Shown here: positions 62,677-64,000 of the stretch, piece by piece | Layout of the letters: each line of letters begins with the position of its first letter | Position numbering within the stretch: the first letter of the stretch is position 1 | Assembly (NCBI GenBank): GCA_963789265.1 | Contig: CAWBKB010000001.1 | Coordinates: 2,048,001 to 2,112,000 of the forward strand | Origin: an uncultured delta proteobacterium | Lineage (GTDB): Bacteria; Desulfobacterota; Desulfomonilia; Desulfomonilales; Desulfomonilaceae | Direction of reading: 5' to 3' | Length of the DNA: 64,000 nucleotides | Notes under the pieces: generated by a model | What the model was told of the DNA's origin: nothing | What the model saw: only the letters and a program-made list of their open reading frames with translations | The model's database searches: none | Translations under genes and position numbers: made by a program

Positions 62677-62741
62677 GGTTTTAAACCCGCCCCTACCGAG
62701 GACTCGATATGATCTGCTTGAAGCAGACATTTTATTGGGCT

Positions 62742-64000
62742 TCAGTCGTTCTTCCCCTTTTCAAGTTTCCGGCGCTCCTCGTCGCGTATCTCGCGGCGGA
62801 GCAGCTTGCCTACTTTGGACTTGGGCAGCATGTCGCGGAATTCTGATGTACGACGGCACCTTGTAAGAGGCCAGCCGCTCGGAACAGAAATTGATGAGTT
62901 CTGCCGCGCCCACGCCCTTGGCGTCATCCTTCAACACTACAATGGCCTTGATGCGCTCGCCCACCTTCGGATCCGGGACGCCTACTACGCATGCCCCTAC
63001 CACCACCGGGTGATCTTGCAGGACAGCTTCGACTTCCGAGGCGGACACTCTGTATCCTTTGTGCTTGAGAATATCCGCTGACCGCTCAACGTAAAAGATC
63101 TCGCTGTTGTCTCCGAGTCGCACAAAATCACCCGTCCGATAATATATCTCCCCGTTAATATCCACGAAGGACGCTTCTGTTTCGGCGGGCTTATTGACGT
63201 ACTCCTTGACGGTGAACTTGGACGTGACCAGAAGCTCACCCACCTCACCGGCAGGCAAATCTTCCAGAGTGATAGGGTCAACCACCTTTACCTTTCTCGA
63301 CGGCAAGGGGAGCCCTATGGACATGGGGTCCGGTTCCCCGGCATCCAGTCGAGAATAGGTGACGTGTCCAGCTTCGGTGGAGCCATAAACCTGATATATC
63401 GGCACACCCACACGTTTTTTCCATCTGGCCAAAACTTCCCTGGGCAGGACATCGCCACCGCAATAGCAGTATCGCAGCGAGCCCAGCTCGTATGTCTCCT
63501 GCCGGTCGTTTTCCAGTATCATACGGTAGAGCGCGGGAACCCCCAACATTATGCGCACACGGTACCTTTCTATGGCAGACAAGATGGCATCCACCTGAGG
63601 CACCGGCATCAGGACGGTTGTGTTCCCCTGATTGAGGCCGACGGCCATCATCAACCCCAGCGCCATGATGTGAAATAAAGGGTTTATCGCGATGTAGACA
63701 TCTTCACCCGGCCTCAGGTGACCGGCAAATACATGGTCGCTGACGTCGTTCACATACGAAGTGTGCCCCCAGTGGTTGCCGGGTACCCCCTTGGGAAAAC
63801 CCGTTGTACCACCGGTATACAACATATAGGAAAGATCTACCGTCGAATCGATTGTTACACTTGGCGGCTGCGCGGCATTCTTGAGCAAGCTCTTGAAGGT
63901 GATAGTTTCCGAGCCGCCTTGCACTTTGCCGTGAGGGGCCTTGTCAAACAACAGGGCCACAGATCTCTTGTGCCACGAAACCAAGTCCAAGAGATTGGTA
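62742..64000 (-). CDS. Long-chain acyl-CoA ligase (AMP-binding), 5' end off window, frameshift near 62845
   Basis: YTGGTTGFPKG, YGSTE, RTGD, LPKSKVGKLLRR. Confidence 0.9.

Overview
Chromosomal window from an anaerobic deltaproteobacterium. Desulfobacterota, Desulfomonile-like, is an inference from gene content and abundant REP/MITE families. The main feature is a ~15.2 kb integrated element (1039-16219) in a tRNA-Met(CAT) gene, bounded by a perfect 30-bp att duplication and symmetric integrase arm sites. It encodes a tyrosine integrase, an ERCC4 nuclease, a TOPRIM/D5-SF3 primase-helicase, AlpA/XRE/MerR-type regulators, HigBA, an Mrr-like nuclease and a serine recombinase. I see no capsid, portal, terminase, tail tube/sheath or conjugation genes. 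Its only virion-like genes are a Gp5/VgrG-type spike and a capsid-cement-like protein, in an operon led by a five-repeat ribbon-helix-helix-like protein. Its non-coding DNA is unusually structured: mirror-image GTGGACC iteron arrays at both ends, three phased DnaA boxes, five or six sigma-54 motifs in ~165 bp, and G9/G8 tracts. I read it as a candidate new type of phage satellite. A second small accessory islet (21.4-24.9 kb) holds an orphan HigA flanked by RAYT-derived mini-elements and a Zn-ribbon-Mrr nuclease. The rest is housekeeping: rsmD-coaD-aminotransferase-surE-rnc, sfsA, tRNA-Arg/His/Ser, rho-rpmE-prfA, hda, recO, citrate synthase-sdhAB, rubrerythrin, GcdA, UvrD, spmAB, a selenocysteine formate dehydrogenase, a Gld-like ABC transporter and an acyl-CoA ligase. 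There is also an odd RepB-primase/Sm-like fusion. Several conserved genes carry single-base frameshifts that look like assembly indels. All calls are by eye; no database searches were run.
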